Source: Puccinia triticina (lineage: Eukaryota). From it: a stretch of DNA of 64,000 nt. Position numbers and translations under genes: made by a program. How positions within the stretch are numbered: position 1 is the stretch's first letter; each line of letters begins with the position of its first letter. The stretch lies in the NCBI GenBank assembly GCA_026914245.1, contig CP110440.1, forward strand, positions 3,906,001-3,970,000. Direction: 5' to 3'. Under the pieces are notes generated by a model that worked only from the letters and a program-made list of their open reading frames with translations, searched no databases and was not told the DNA's origin. Below are positions 22,514 to 35,692 of this stretch, piece after piece.

Positions 22514-23560
22514 CTCCAAATTGAAGCCAAACATATTAGAGCGTTAAGTTACAATGCGGGTAAAGCAATATTAACAAACTTGAAAGGTCGCTGTTCCATG
22601 ACCCTGCGGGTCATGGGTTCGCCCGGAGGGCGGGGTGCCCGAAGGGCTGAGGAATACAGGGAAGGGCAAGTGTGTCCATGCCCCCGAAGGGGGCATGCCT
22701 ACAGCTCAGGCTGTGAATCTCGGTGGATGGGGTACAACTGTATGTAATAGTTTCTTTGAGGCTGCACATTACGGTGTCTCAGCGATCTTGGCTCAGGTGA
22801 GATTTGGTACTCTCAGTGTTTATCTCGGGGCTCTCACTTCGTGACCAGGCTCATGAGTCCGCGTTTATAGATGTTCTCAGCAACACCCGGTTGACTCTTG
22901 GTATTCTCAATGTGATTACATATCAACCCGATTTTTTTTTCTCTGGATTCTTGACTCTCAGTTAATCTCGGTTCTCGCATTTGATGACTCAGTGCCATGA
23001 GGAGCTACAGACCCAGGTAGGGTGCATTTTAAAGGCCCACTTAGGGCTATCTGTAAGTGGTGAGACAGGCAAAATAAGTCACACTGCCCTGGCCCAGTTG
23101 TGGGTTAGGGTTTTCTGTGACCGCCCAGCCTGTGGGTTTGCTACTAGCTGAAACCGGAGGAAATATATAAATAAGTATAATACAGGGCCAAAATATTCCT
23201 CAGCATGCGCTTGCCTTCTCGGCTACATGTGTCAGTGGTCATGCTGCACGTGTCAGTGGTAATGCATAAAAAACGTACAGCCCCATAGTGCTGGAAACGC
23301 GCCTCAGAAGCAGTGATCAGAAGAGGTATCATTGTCATTACTAAGTGGGCTGTTTATACAACCGGTGGACAGAAGGGTGCCAGTGTTCCGCTGCCCCCTC
23401 AGCTCCGTGCTTCATTACCAAGTGGACCATTGTCAGGTGTGTCTACCAGCAACGTGGCCCACCTCCGTGCCACGTGTCGGTGGTAACCAGATATTCCAAA
23501 GGGTATTTAAAGAGTCCCATGCTCGACCAAGCTGAGCCTCATCCCGATAGCAAAGCATCA

Positions 23561-24505
23561 ATGGGAGCTTCAACAACATCCCCTGCGAGTCCAATGGGCG
23601 GCCGCCGTCCCTCCCATCCCATGTACGTTATGGGTCCTTTTGACATCATCGAGATTGTAAGCTGTAATCCACTTCTCCTTCCCCCTGCACGCACCCAGCA
23701 TGCTCATCTATAACATTCATCACAGGGAAACCATGTTATTGCTCCCGGAGCTTCCTATGGGCAGTTGAACTACTTAACATCTATTGTCTACAACAATCCG
23801 GATGCGCAGGGTGGGCAAGAGAATGTCATCGTTGACTTATCAGGCTACGGGTCTCGATCCACAAGCCTGGCCCAAGACCGAGTTTATCAACTCGCCGGTC
23901 GGTTCGTGGGGCCAAACAATGGGGGAGACCCAATAATCTTCTACGAACAGGCTCTCACCCTTCATATTGGTGAGAGCTCCGCATTCTTGAATAGCCAGTC
24001 AATCTCGCTTTTGGCGGGCAAGGTGGCTGTATTTGGCTTTGGGGTGGTGAGCCAACGTGAGGAGGTGAAGGCGGTGGAAATTAACAATGCACCCCAAACA
24101 AACTTGCATGTCACCTTGAGACACACCAATTACCACGTCATTGTAAGTTTATCTCTTTTCCATCCTGATTCCGTCGACGCTGAATCCTTGGCCTTTTAGA
24201 AACGCGAGAGGGTAGAGTTCGAGACCACCTATGTTGTCCCTGGCAACGCTATATTGCGCAACACCTTTGGTCTGTTGCAAATCGGTCGGGAGGCCCTGAT
24301 TGTTGGGTACATGGGGGGTTTTGACCCCCAGAAACATACCTGGGTAGTCGATGTGAGTTTTCAAACTTCACATCCACATAAATTGGGCCCTGATGGAGCT
24401 TTGGTATTAGGCGCTGCTTATATCGATGTCGTCAGGGCCGCAAACCCGTGTGAACGGATCTCCTGTCAATGCGGTTGGGCAACTTGACACCCGCCGACCT
24501 CATTT
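23561..24505 (+). CDS. Helitron-associated multi-exon ORF, possibly an OB-fold ssDNA-binding domain
   Basis: Exons 23561-23656, 23726-24142, 24200-24352, 24411-24505 join in frame via GT-AG introns; beta-rich pattern. Confidence 0.55.
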
Positions 24506-24551
24506 GTAAGTCACGCCATCTTAATTTTCACAATGGCGGTGGATTTGACCC

Positions 24552-27500
24552 ATGCCTGCCAGGAAACGAATTGGCAATATGGCTGCGTCAGGCTCAGACT
24601 CAGCCAACTTTCAAGATCAAATAAGAGCATACAACAATGCATTGTCGTTTGCGTCATGTGGCGCCGAAGTGGATCGTTCCGTCCAGGGACAAAGAGGATT
24701 GTTCACCTTCAGAGTCTCCGGAGGCCTTTACCATGATATCGGATCGGTGTTTCCAGATCATCCGGAACAAGCTGCCTTCTCGCAGATCTACGTTACAGGA
24801 GGTAATGATCGTGTTGAAGCCAATCACCGAGCAACTCAGGCAAGATCGCCTGTCAACGAGACACTTTTGTTGCGCATTCAACGCTACTTGACCAATAACA
24901 ACAGTTACGCCAGGTTCTTCAGGATGATTGGCCGCGAGCGCGCACCAGGAGAAGACGCCATTTACGCACTTCGACACTATGCTTGAGCCGGTCTTGATGA
25001 GAGGGTCTACAATGAGCCAAGAACCCTCGAGGTGGGAATGATTATTGATAATGATAATCCAGATGAAATACACCCAAGAGACATATTGCTCCGGAGGGTG
25101 GGAGGGGGGTTACATCACATAACCGATAACTATAGCGGCTACCTACCGCTGCGATATCCAATTCTTTTCCCACATGGAGATCAGGGGTGGATTCATGGAT
25201 TGCCCAGCGGCACTGAACGCGGTGAGTTCTTCATCGCTCTATGTTGTTACATCATCAACTTAGCCATGCTCATCTCTCTTGCACAGATGCTACCATCTCA
25301 CAGTTAGAATGGTACGCATCCATGATTTTTGACCGGCAGGACAAGTTCTCCGCCATTCTCAATGCAAAGACTTTATTTCAAGAAATCTTGGTAGATCTCT
25401 ACATATGTGTTGAACGCTCGCGAACGGATTTTTTCAAGTTCAACCAAGCTCAAATCAAGGCTGAGCTGTATCGGGGGGTTGAAGAAGCGTTCCGTGACGC
25501 CCACGATGTGCAGGGACGACGCATCATCCTCCCATCATCTTTTTCTGGGTCGCCCCGGAACATGCTACAGCTCTATCAGGACTCGATGGCCATTGTGCGA
25601 CACTACGGAAAGCCCTCTCTTTTTATCACCATGACCGCAAACCCTCGATGGCCGGAGGTCGACACATTTCTACCATTTCACCAAACTGCTTTGGACCGGC
25701 CCGACATTGTCACAAGAATTTTCCGCATGAAACTTCGGTCCCTCATTCGTGACCTGGTGAAAAATCAACGTCTAGGCACTGTTGCTGCCTACGTTTATAC
25801 CATTGAATTCCAAAAGCGGGGCTTGCCCCATGCGCACATAATGGTCATGTTAGAGCCCGGTAGCGTCCCAAGGACCCCTTCTGCCATTGATTGTTTAGTC
25901 ACAGCCGAGATTCCTGACCCGGAGCGAGAGCCTCGACTCCATCAAATTGTCACAAGTTGCATGCTGCACGGTCCATGCACACCAAGCAGTATGTGTTGGA
26001 AAGATGGTTCATGCGGAAAAAAATTTCCCAAGCCCTTCTCTCCCGAGACCACCATTGTCGAGGATTCTTACCCCAATTATTGCCGGCGGGACGATGGACG
26101 GCGATTCCGAAAAGGGAATACTGAATTCCATAATGGGCATGTAGTGCCTTACACCAAATACTTATTGTTGAGGTACAACTGCCACATCAACGTGGAGATT
26201 CTGTACGGGGTGCAAGCTATTAAGTATCTATTCAAGTACATATCGAAAGGTGTTGATCGATCATCAATGCGGATGACTGAGGGTGATGAGATCCGCAAGT
26301 TCATCGACGGCCGTTACATTGGACCGTCAGAAGGTGAGCTTCTGAGATTGTTTGTTGATACGCAAACAGCCTTTGCTGACCCAGTTTTCCCAGCGGCCTA
26401 CCGCCTGTTTCAGTTCCCGACAAGCGAGCGAAGCCCAGCTATCCAAAGACTCGCCGTCCATCTGGAGGGCGAGCACACTGTCTTCTACAAAGACATGAAC
26501 GGACTCCGCAGGCAGATGAGGACGGGAGTTGCCCGTCGAAGCACTCTTACAGAGTTTTTTCGACTCAATCGGCTCAACGCCATTGGCTTTGGGGTGCCAG
26601 CTCGCTCATTATTATACCATGAGTTCCCGCGCTACTTCACATTCACCAAGAAAAAAAGGTTCAAGGGACGCAAAGCAATAAGCGACATGATTGGGAGAGT
26701 CTACTTTGCGTCAATCAACGAAGGGGAACGGTACTTTCTCAGGCTTCTGCTACTCAACCGCAGAGGCTCCACGAGCTTTGAGGATCTCCGAACGGTTGAT
26801 GGAACAACGTTCAGCACCTTCCGTGAGGCCGCCGACCGGCTGGGCCTTTTGGTCTCCGACAGGCATTACGTTCAGACAATGCAAGAAGCAGCTAACTGGA
26901 TGACAGGGTCCGGGCTCCGGTTCATGTTTTGCATGCTCTTGCTTCACAGCCCACCCGCTGATCCAGTTGCGCTCCTAGAAATGTTTATTGATCCATTGTC
27001 GGACGATCTCATAAGGACGCTTGAGCAAAAGTATCGGGTAGTCAACCCGACCCTTGAGCAGCGATACTCGCTCTGTTTTTTCTTGATGAGCAAACTCCTT
27101 GCTGAGCATGGCAAAGGATTCAGTGACGTCGGACTCAATGTCCTGGCCGCACATACCGAGCTCTGGGATGTGTTTTCCGGTGACAACTCGGACGAGGAGG
27201 CCAGAACTGAAGAGCACCTCGCCGCCTTTCTTTCCATGTCCGAACGACTCAACACAAGGCAAACTACCATCTTCGAAAAAGTAATCGAATTAGTTGATGG
27301 ATCCGAGTCCAGTCTGATATATATAGACGGCCCGGGGGGATGCGGGAAAACATTCCTTATGAACACGCTTATCCACTATCTCAAGGGAACGCATGTACCT
27401 GTCATCACAGTAGCGTCGTCTGGGGTCGCTGGCCTAATGCTCATCGATGGAATGACTGCACATTCCCGTTTCAAAATTCCGCTAGATGTGAACGAGACCT

Positions 27501-28699
27501 CTCAGTGCGTATGGAAAACCCGAGCTCCAAACACCAAGCTCTTACTTGAAACGCAAGTGATCATCTGGGACGAGATCTCGATGCAGAACAAGTACGCTGT
27601 AGAAGCGGTCGATCGGACCTTCCGAGACATTTTGGAAGACAACCGACCGTTTGGAGGAAAGATTGTAATATTTGGCGGAGATTTTAGGCAGACTTTGCCT
27701 GTGATCCAGGGTGGTTCGATCTTTGACCAAGCGCGAAGCTGCATGATCAATTCACCGCTTTGGGCTCATGTACAAGTTTTCCACTTGACAGAAAACCTAC
27801 GGCTGGTGAATACCGAGCATCCAGACTCAGCAGCAAACAATCTACAGTTCTACAACTGGCTATTAACAATCGGAAACGGCAGCGGCCAATCAGATTTCAT
27901 CTCCGAGGTTGACCTACGGTTTGGAAGGGTCTTCACACATCCCTCAGAGATGTTAGTTCAAAATTATGTCAAGAATTCTGTGTACAGGGATATGATCCCT
28001 GTAATGCTTCAAGACAACATTGATTCTCTGGCAAAATACTTCAGTAGTCGCTTAATCCTTGCTCCGCTCAATTCAGATGTTCACACGCTCAATGATGCAT
28101 GCATGCAAGACATCAGAGGTCAAGTCTTTGTATCCCACTCTGTTGACGCAATGGTGAATGAAGAAGATGGTGTTGAAAGTGATGAAGCTGTTCCTGAGGA
28201 GGTTCTCAACACTTTCACCATCCCAGGTTTCCCTCGACACAGGCTTGCACTCAAGGTTGGCACTCCCATCATCCTGCTTAGAAACATGAACCTCAAGGCT
28301 GGCCTCTCAAATGGAACTCGCCTTCTCATCCTCTCAATCACTCCCCAAGTTCTAAGATGCAAGATACTGACTGGATGCTGCATTGGAAATGAAGTGGGGA
28401 TTCCTAAGTTCAATCTAATACACAAGGCAGACCGCGTTTATGGCGTTTCCTTTTCCAGGTATCAATTCCCAGTTGCTATTGCCTTTGCACTCACAGTCAA
28501 CAAAGCACAAGGTCAATCACTTGACGTGGTATCTGTCTACCTACCTCAACCAGTTTTTGGACATGGCCAACTATATGTTGCCCTCTCGCGCGTCACTAGC
28601 ATTGATGGACTGTCTTTAGGTATTGTTGGGGATACCTCAGTGGGCTCCAAGACCAACAACGTGGTCAATCTGGATGTCATCAGGAGATGTCATGGATAG
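24552..28699 (+). pseudogene. Helitron Rep/PIF1 helicase (one TGA at 24984; introns 25222-25286, 26334-26393)
   Basis: [87 protein letters not shown]. Confidence 0.93.
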
Positions 28700-30039
28700 G
28701 CCCTGTTTCATAACTTTCCTACTCAGACCAATGAGGCTCAATGTTTTTTCTTGAGTTGTTGCTTCATATCAATCTTAATCCAGACAACAGCAGTACCCAT
28801 ATTTGTCATCACCACTTCTCAAAAAAAAAGGGACCCAAAGATAGTAATTCAACCAAATTGATAGTGTTCCACGGCGTCAAAGCCCCACTGTACTGACCCA
28901 TTAGGTGGGGCTTTTTTTTTTTTTTTTAAATCACCCCTGCCTGCCAGAACCCACCAGGCATGTCAATCTCAGTATATTTACATCACCTTCTCTCAAATCC
29001 CGGTGGACTAAGTTCTATGAACTTCCCTACCATAGCTATGAGCATGAGGACAATTGCAGTGTCATGTCATTTCTGAGTTCAGGGAACCCGCGGCGCCATC
29101 GCCGCGGGTTCCCTAGTTATCACACACTTTTAAGTTTATCTGGATGGTATATGTGACTCCTGGACTGTTGAACTTTTGCGGAAGAATAGACGCAGGACGC
29201 GTGGAAAGAAATGCGGGATGATGGGTGAGCAGTCGCCCTGACGGTGGGTGGTGTGGGGTTTTTATATCGGTGGGACGAACAGGCAGACATCCTCAAGCGA
29301 TCAAAAGTTTTCCTAGTCGCAAGGGGATTTTGTTTGGAACTAAATTGAACATAGACTAGGAACCCACCGGCTCACTGGCTCGGCGACTGATCCAAAGGAG
29401 AAACCATGTGTTCTTCCCGGGAGCGTGTCGGGAGGAGGGTCTGGTCCAAGGAGTCGGCTGAATTGAGCCTGAGACGGGCCATGCAACGACAAGGGAGCTT
29501 GGGCGAACAGACTAATGTTTCGCTATAGTCTGTACCGTCTGGTACTTCTTGTCCGGCGTGTTGCACCCACGAGCTCCACACCACGGTGACGCCCGAACTT
29601 AACACAAGTCCCTGATCCCTGTCGCAAGCAAAAAAAATCACAAGAATGCACCCTCCCGCTAGCTCCCGCTTGCTTCGCGCCTCCTTGGAGAGGCTATGTA
29701 GTTAAGCTCGGGTGTAGCCGTGCCCGTGACACCTGGACACCGGCTCCAATGTTCACCCGATCCTCGCCCTCCCAACGGGCTTGGGCCTGTCACTCGTTTC
29801 AGGATCTCTGCCCTTCCGACGGGCTCCGATGTTTCAGCTCAACCCTCGCCCTCGCACCGGGCTTGGGTGCTATCCTATGCCATCACGACACGTGCGCCTC
29901 CGCCTCAAGAGGCGCCTCATGGTTTCCTTTTCCATTTTCCCGTATTGCTTCCATGTTTGGGCTTTAGGCCCGTTTCTCTGTCTGTACTGGCTTGTACCCC
30001 TTTACAGAAGCCCAGAGGGGACACCAATTGGCTTACATG

Positions 30040-31389
30040 TGTGAAGGCCCACCTACTCGTCTTATCTCAAGTGGCAAGATAGCCTAGCATAAGCGAGAGG
30101 GGAAGTTAATTCTCGTAGAAACTCTAATGAGAATTAACTTGCACAGTATAATGGAATTTTCATAAGTAGGATTTCAAACGTGATGATAAATAAAAGAACA
30201 AAGATATTGAGATGAGGAAAAGAAAGAGAAACAACAAGTAATAATGAACAACTGTTACAAACAACCCTCCAACTCAATTCACAACTCAACTAAGTAAAGT
30301 CTAAGTAAAATCAAACAAGTCAAAAAAGGCAAAACAAAATCTTAATGAAAACTTCATAATAGTTGGTTTAGCAATGTTACTATATGACATCATTATCAGA
30401 TGAAATCATCACAGCATAAAAGCATACTATTATGCTAGATTTTGAAAAGAATTATTGCATAACGGGCAAGTCATCACAAATAAGACTCACCTTATACCTA
30501 AACTGCTGTCACCGGCATAGAGATTGTCATTTGGTACCTGTTGGGGGGTACCTGCCACACTTCAAACCATGCTATCCACACCACCAGGCACCAGCAATGC
30601 AGGCAGAGGGTGCAGTCATCCTCAAGGTTAAGTCCTGGACCCTTCACCTACTTGGCTGGTGGCTAAAAGTGTGCAGTGCTTGTTCTGAAGTGTGGCAGGT
30701 ACCCCCCAACAGGTGCCAAATGACAATCTCTCCACCGGCACAGGAACCTTCCTTTTCTTATTTTTCTTACTTATTCCAAAAAATTCACCATGAGCGTTAC
30801 AAAAATTTTCTATCATCAGTTTCAAGGACTCTGGAATATGATCTTCAGTAATCCAAGTATCATTTCCCACCGTAGAATTGCTCCAGGAAATCAAATACTC
30901 ATACTTACCTTTCCTTACCTCCCGCGCGTCCAAAACATCCTTGATTTTCAACCAATCTACCACTTTGTCATCAGCGTAATACTTTTCTTTAATCCCATCA
31001 AGAAGACCACGATCTAAAATACTATTTGGGCTAAAATAAAGAACTATCAGCAAAACATTGAACACAGGGTGCAATTTGGGATATTCCTTTTGTATGTCTA
31101 ATTGAACCGCGTTAGTCCCCACCATTTTCACTACTTTAAACGGCCCAATGTACCTAAAATCTAGCTTCAAATTCAAACGGTGTGTCTTTATAGACTTACG
31201 TAACAATGAGACTGACTCCCCTGCTACATACGTTGGCGCCATCTTTTTCTTCTTATTATGATAATGTGCTTGTTTCTTTTGAGCTAAATCCAAACACTCC
31301 ATTGCTGTTTCTTTAGTTTCTTGTAAATCCACAACAAACTTGTCCAATTCCTTCCTCCCACGTGATTCAGTTAAGATGTTAAACTTATA
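30040..31389 (-). mobile_element. Chromovirus (Gypsy) 3' remnant: integrase tail, chromodomain and probable LTR 30040-30478
   Basis: KLDFRYIGPFKV, LHPVFNV, YEYLISW...DTW; TGTGA...TCACA segment downstream. Confidence 0.75.
30518..30732. mobile_element. MITE with ~45-bp TIRs and 8-bp TSD
   Basis: agagattgtcatttggtacctgttggggggtacctgccacacttca inverted at the right end; TSD caccggca (30510-30517, 30733-30740). Confidence 0.8.
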
Positions 31390-34300
31390 CACCAGGAAAA
31401 AAAAGTAGTCATTTGATGGAAAGTGACATGACACAGCTTTTCTTTCAGCGCCAACACTGCTCCAATGCTGCTCCTATCCAACAGCACATCTAGGGCTTGC
31501 ATGACAGGTGTCAGGATCAAAGCACTCAATGTGACAAAACCAGATGATGCTCAGCTTTGGCCCTGGCCCAGCTGATGCTCAGATTTTACCCTGTCTCAGC
31601 TGATGGTCAGTTTTTTCCCTGTCCCAGCTGATGCTCAGCTTTGGCACCGGCCATCTAATGATCATCTTTGAGCCTGGCACAGCTGATGCTCAGCCTTGGA
31701 CGTGGCTCAGCTGATGCTCAGCTTTGGACCCAGCCTAGCTGATTTTCAGCTCTGGTCCTGTCCAATCTAATTCCCATATTTTTCCCTGGCATGGCTCAGC
31801 TGATACTCAGCAAGCTGAGCATCAGCTGGCCAGCTGGCCCAGGACTGGGTCAAAGCTGAGCATCAGCTGTGACAGGACTAGGAAAAGGCTGAGCAAGGAC
31901 TGATAAAAAGCTGGGCATCAGCTGTGCCAGGAAATTTTACAAAGCTGAGCATTAGCTGCGCTAGGACTAGTACAAAGCTGAGCATCACCTGGGCAAGTAC
32001 TGGTCAAAAGGCTTTATTCCAATTCTGAGAGTGAGCTGCGTGAAAAAGCTGAGTATGAGCTGAGCAAAAAAGCTGAGTACGAGCTGGGTACCAAAGCTGA
32101 GTATCAGCTGGAAAGAACTGAGGATCAGTTGGGCTCATCAAAAACTGAACAGGACCTCCTTGGTAAATTTTGAAAGGGGGTTGATTAATCGACTCTCAAA
32201 AATTCGAGTTCCAACTCCCAAAAGTCGTTTACGTTGCAAGGACCAAAAATTGATGTCAGGCCCGGGTCTTGGGGAGCAAAAATTGACCCGGGCAATTTTT
32301 GGGAGTCGGACCTCTATTTTGTCAACAAGTTTGGGAGTCGGGTATCCAAAAAAAGATAAAAATGAAGAAAAAATTATATCTCATGACTGGGGCGCCCAAA
32401 GCCCCCCAAAACTTTACAGCAGTCAGAGAGTGGTCTCCAGAGCAGATGGAAAGCTGCATGGCATTAGAACACCTCATTAAATGGGTGTGCTACTGTGACT
32501 CCAATTTGGCGGATTTCCTCAGTAGGAAATCTGCCAAAACCACAGCTACCATGCCCCAAAATGCCCCAAATTTTTACAACACAGAGGTAAATGACCCCTC
32601 TGAGATTTTTCAGCTTCTGGGAAGTACACCACTAACAGAAAATATTTTTGAGGGGCTGGGGGCTTTTGCTCATATCCCACTTTCTTAAATCCACAGAATT
32701 CTAGACTCCTGGATCTAAGTTTTGGGGTGTTTTTTTTACAAAGCTACAATAAAAAATAGCACACAACAATTAAACACAGGCACAAGTTGAAAATTCCCAA
32801 AGGCCCAAAGGCCCTATGGATGACCCTCCAGCTGTGCCGCAGCAACAAGCAAAAGTGGGCCGGTTGTTAGAGTAGTCCAGGAAGGCCCTAATCAAGTGAT
32901 TAGTGGGCTCACAGGGAGGGGGTAGGACAAAACTGGAGCCCCTGGGGGACAACCTCATGGAACCACACTCCTTAAATAAGCTTTCCAGAGGATCCCCCAC
33001 AAGCACTCGCCACCAGCCACATCCAAGCTCGTCTCCCATTCCCAGCTGTTACTGACCTGTTGCCACTCCCTTGGGCAGTATCGCTTGCCATTGTAACCGT
33101 TGCCACATTTTCCATTGCATTTAAAAAACTGCCACCACCACCGTTGTACATACAGCCCCTGTTGGTCTTGTTACAGTTGTCTTTGCCATGGCAGCCCTTG
33201 GGCCCTCCTGCAAAACAACCTGATATGTACCCCTGTTGTCATCTATACACTTATCAGCTCTTACATACCAAGGCACCACATCAAGCTTGTCATCCCATTG
33301 CTGGGCCATTGCCAAGACCATCACTTGCATAACCTGCCCACCTTAGCCTGTGTGAAGGTCCATCAACGCGCTTGGGTGGTCAACTGGATTGCCAGGACAT
33401 CAAAGGAACCACTCTCTTGCATGGCCATCAAGGTGGCAAAAGTACCGGGAAGCTCAATTATTTTGTTTGTGAGTACATGCTTGTCCGTCAACAAGGAGGG
33501 CAACAAACAAGCTGACTACATCAGTGATTCTTCAAGTGTACATAATGTCATACATCCTGGTATCTGGTCTGCAGCTCATGACTTGCCCAGGACAAGAACC
33601 TCTGCGCAATGCACACAAATCCAACAATTATCTTTATGTATGTATGCATCTGATTTGGAGGTGGTCACCAGATTTATAAGCTACCCATGCCCGGCTGGCC
33701 AAGAACCCACAAGGCCGACTCATTCAAAGCTCCAATCCAGTCAAATATATTGGATGTCCAAGTGCAGCTTGCCAACCACGTGACCTGGCTCAGTTCACCA
33801 GTCTTACCAAGCAGCTTAGCTCATCCGTCCAACCTGACCACCCACCCACGAACCAAGAGCCCGACACCATCCCCCTAGAATGCACTGGCTTTCCCCAACC
33901 CTCCTTCTTCTTTGGACCCTCCGCGCTTAAGTAACCAACAACCGAGGATGATGTGTTACAGTTTCAGAGAGACGCTCGCGACCGAACGCACGCAGATTGA
34001 CCAAGAGCGCCAAGCGTGGCTAGCCTTCAAGGGAGTATATGCAACGATGGTGGCGTGTAATATCCTTGATGAGCAGTAAAAACAGGTGAGCAATTCTGGA
34101 CCGTTCATGGCACATCATGTGTATACGCAGCAGCAGGAGCGGCAGTACTCTCATCAGTGTCCATTGCAGGCTTCTGCATTGTGCTGTCACACTCCGACCG
34201 TTCCCATCAAGCCCTTCTTGGCCCGGGAGGAGGAAACATTCATGTTTGCCCCGGCTAAGCAGAAGAGAGTCAAGCCGATTGGCCCCGACGAATGGAAGAG

Positions 34301-35692
34301 CGCAGGCAATCCGGCGAAGCAGAAGCCGAGCACGAAGCGCCAATCGAGACCCGTCAAAGTCGCTAGAGCGCGTCTAGCCCGTGTTGACGAAGGGCGTGCG
34401 CTCGCCCTCTCCACGGAAGACGCGCCAGAAGAGTGGCCAGCACTCGCCGCACTGCAGGGACGGCCTGTCTTCGCACCAGGTCACCGCGACTGCACAAGCA
34501 TCTCCGCCGCGAAGCAGGCGCACTGACGACCCCGCAGAGCGCTTCCTGTGATCACGGCTCAGCGCGGACGGGCCTCCCCACGCCCAAATGGATGCGGTAC
34601 TCCGACAGCAAGGCACACCATTCCAAGCAGGTCTTCAACATCCTTCCTACAGCTAAGAACTCCTCCCTTGCCCCCCCCCCCCCCCACCTAAGGAGCTGGA
34701 CTCCCAAGACTCAACCGTCCTGGAAGTCTTCAATGACTCCTCCAAACAAATCCCTCCGGGGCCGCGAGAGGACTCGTTGTTGGGAAAGAAGGACCCGTTG
34801 AAAACAAAAAACAAACCTCTGGGCTCATGGAAGAAATGTCTTCAAAGAGTTCCCGTGATAGCAGTTCATGCGCAAGGTGCATTCAAAACGGCAGATCTTC
34901 CTGTGCCTACTCCTCAACGGGTGCCGTTAGCTTGGGCCGTGGTGCCCTGATGGATCAGCCTAAACGGGTTTGCACACGTTTTTGACAAGGTTGCACAAGA
35001 AGGTGGTGTGCAAGCAGATTATGGGTGTGACTGCAAGTGTTGCGCCGAAGTGATTCTTCCCCCCAATGTGATACCCAACCTGGAGGTAATCACTGAATCT
35101 TGTGTTTTTTTAGTATTATGAGCAGGCAGTGAAGGCCCTTAATTGGGATGGTGCCTTGTGCGACCCTGTCTCCCGCCACCAGCAGCAGATCTCACTTCAA
35201 CCTGCCGGGGTACCTGGTGGGTCCTTAGTATTGTAATATTGGCTAGAGAGAAGCTGGTGTTATTGTTTCTTCTTGATCTCCTCTTGTCTTGTGTTGTGTG
35301 AAGGCAGTTGGGCTTCCCTGGTACGCAACGGGTTGAGGAGCTCAACCCCAAGAAAAAAAAATTGAAGCTAAGGTAGGGTCACCAACAACTATCCAGCCCC
35401 ATATAATTTTCAAGTGCTCATGCAGGGAATACTCTGTTTACTACAAAGACATCTTCAACCTTACACTCTATTTTAATCTGGCCATTGATGATCTTCCTCT
35501 TCAAAAAATCTGATGAGTTATAATTTCTACATGATGTGGTGTCCAAACTGGGAAGTTATGAAAAATGTTAGAATTGAGAGACTCAGTCACTCAGAATTTC
35601 TTACATTTGTAAGGGTGTCTAAAAATTGAAGTTGTGGGATATCTTAGAGAATCTCCAACGGACTCACTAAGCGGGACTCGCGACCCCAATAG

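Larger units (their letters stand above)
23561..29116 (+). mobile_element. Helitron (5' end not determined; 3' end CTAG at 29116)
   Basis: RepHel gene; 15-bp perfect GC-rich hairpin 29081-29114 ending in CTAG followed by T. Confidence 0.88.

Noticed and set aside
29152..30037. Possible solo LTR (TG...CA)
   Set aside because: No matching TSD or second copy; right flank is obscured by another LTR
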